Positions 62,020 to 64,000 of a DNA stretch of 64,000 bases are shown here, one piece after another. The notes below the pieces were generated by a model. That model saw only the letters and a program-made list of their open reading frames with translations. It searched no databases and had not been told where the DNA came from. Origin of the DNA: Mobula hypostoma (taxonomy: Eukaryota); the NCBI RefSeq assembly GCF_963921235.1, contig NC_086100.1:178498001-178562000 (forward strand), in the 5' to 3' direction. The number at the start of each line of letters is the position of its first letter. Position 1 is the first letter of the stretch. The translations under genes and the position numbers were made by a program.

Positions 62020-64000
62020 CCAAAGCCTTGGTAACCTGAGGCTTATAACTGCTAAGCCCCTCCCCCTAGACCAACCAAAAGCTAATTAACTCAATTATCC
62101 AATTAAAGATGGTATCCTCCACCATCAGCACACCTGTGCAGGTTGCTGCTGCCTCTATACGAGACATCTCCATGGAGCAGCTCTGTTTCAGACCCAGTCA
62201 CTATTACCGTTGGGGATGAGTGTTTTACTGAGTGCGCCATGTGCCATCCGTAATCAGTGACGGGTTTTCGTCACATTACCACCCTCCTCTCCTGCAGCTG
62301 CAATGTTTGACAGTCTTGACAGGAAGTCCGCTGTGATGTTCTCCTTGCCTGCTTTGTGCCGCACACAGAACCTGAAAGGTTGAAGTTCCAGGTACCACCT
62401 AGTCACCCTGGCATTCCGATCCTTCATTGTCTGGATCCAGGTCAGGGCTCTGTGGTCCCAGCATTGCACAGACTGCCACACAAATCTGGCGAAGGTTGTA
62501 TTCCAGACAGAGCTTGGGTTTTTGCCTGGGACCGTGTCATGACAAAACAAGAGACATGCATTTTCGGTTCTGACACAGGTTCACGAGCATTACAGAGACT
62601 TCTACCCCTGCTTAGGAGATAATACAGAAAAGGCAAATCCCACCTCAAAAACATCTCCACTGGTAAATTCTCCACCATCCCCACTGTCATCAGATACTTT
62701 TGTCCATCTACCTCCACAATAAGTTCTACCTGTGGCTCCAGCTTACAGCCACCATGTACACATAAAACCTCTGTTCACTGGCTGCAGTCAATAGCACAGG
62801 GCACACAACTTTTTCTTATGAATGACATGGAACTACCAGAATCAAGGAGAGTAGTAAGGGGTTTACCATTAATGTTTACTGAACAGATCTAGACTCTCCC
62901 TCCCTGTCCTGGCCGTCACTCTGCTCACCTTGTCTAGGCACATAACACAGTCCAGTCAGTTTTGGTCTCTTCAGGGGGCAAACAGATGCTTTATGTCCCT
63001 GCTGCTGACAATGATAACATACCAAAGTCTTAGTAAATGACTGAGCCGTGTGTTCCTTGTCATTTGCCCCCCGATTATCTTCAAAGTTCTTCGTAAAGCT
63101 GTCCCTGGGTTGGTTGTAGTCCCTGGAATCCACCCATGTTGGTCGTGATGGGGTCCCCTTTCTGGCGTTCAGGTACTACATGGCCAACTTCGCTGCCGTC
63201 AGTCCATCCTCCGGTTCATGTTCTCTCACCCACGTCCTGATGTCTGGAGGAAGCACCTGCAGCAGCTGCTCCAGGATGATGGTCTCCCCCAGCTGATCCT
63301 TACTCCTCTGCCCTGGCCGCATCCAGTGACGATAGAGGCCCTTCAGCCGGTATCTCGCCAGATGGTGTTGAGGTGGCCCAGAACCATTGACGGTAGGTCT
63401 CTGAAGAGATGTGAAATTTGGCCAACAGCGCCTCCCTCAGGTCCGTATAACAGTTGGACTTGTTTTCATCCATGGCCGTGTAGGCCTCCAGGGCTTTCCC
63501 GGTCAGCAGGGGAATTAGTCGACAGGGCCACTCCTCCAAGGGCCACTGCCATGTTTTTGCCATGTGTTCAAAACGTAGAAGGTAATTTTCAATGTCCTCA
63601 CCTTGTTGATACACTGGTATCTTGGGTTCCTTACGCTGGACCGCTGGGGATCGCTGTAGGACAGGCTGTCGGGAGGCCTCCAGTGAGATCCACAGGACCC
63701 GGAGCTCTTCTTGGAGAATATCATCTCTCTTCTGCTGGGCGGCTAAAAAGTCCCTGAAAAGATTTACCACCTCTAGGGTCGAGGGACCCCCTTCCAGCGA
63801 TGGCCTAGGCTTGGATCTTGCCCCTTGTGCCTCTTCGTCTGATGTCACCGCTGTCTCCCACTCGTCCTCATTCTTCATCTGAAGTTGCTGGTTTTGAGAC
63901 CGTAACCCAGTTCGTTTTTGAAAAGCACACAGTTTTGCGACTGGCCATCCCACTGCTGCCACCATATGTCACAAAAAACTGTGGGTCAGTTGTTTAAGAA
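62020..64000 (-). mobile_element. Internally deleted Gmr1-like (SCAN-gag) Gypsy LTR retrotransposon
   Basis: 5' LTR ends CA at 63967; 18-nt PBS TGGTGGCAGCAGTGGGAT (63964-63947, tRNA-Leu-like); gag EDIENYLLRFE..W..RLIPLLTGKALEAY; CCHC knuckle CYHCQQQGHKASVC; protease LLDSG; RNase H end DHRAL..RVTRW..ADFLSR; PPT then 3' LTR TG at 62275. Confidence 0.85.

Noticed and set aside
1-64000. CRISPR arrays, operons or other prokaryotic systems
   Set aside because: The sequence is vertebrate with spliced genes; no regularly spaced repeat-spacer array was seen.

Overview
Eukaryotic genomic DNA, most likely from a cartilaginous fish (inferred from the repeat families and the nonapeptide type), covering part of the vertebrate neurohypophysial-hormone locus. 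On the minus strand are three coding exons of UBOX5 (its last, RING-finger exon appears to lie off the left edge) and the single-coding-exon FASTKD5 gene nested in UBOX5 intron 1, both probably served by a shared non-coding exon 1 and CpG/NRF1-type promoter near 34.5 kb. On the plus strand is a complete three-exon oxytocin-family/neurophysin gene (coding 40192-57347, 132 aa). It encodes the nonapeptide CYINNCPIG-NH2 ([Asn4,Ile8]-oxytocin), which I cannot match to a named hormone, and it sits head-to-head with UBOX5/FASTKD5 rather than at the usual position 3' of UBOX5. Most remaining sequence is transposon-derived: CR1, Rex1/Babar, L1, RTE and I/Nimb-like LINEs, Gypsy/Gmr1 LTR elements, tRNA-SINEs, and Penelope-derived fold-back elements carrying minimal hammerhead-ribozyme motifs. 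Exon boundaries were read by hand; most transposon boundaries are approximate.
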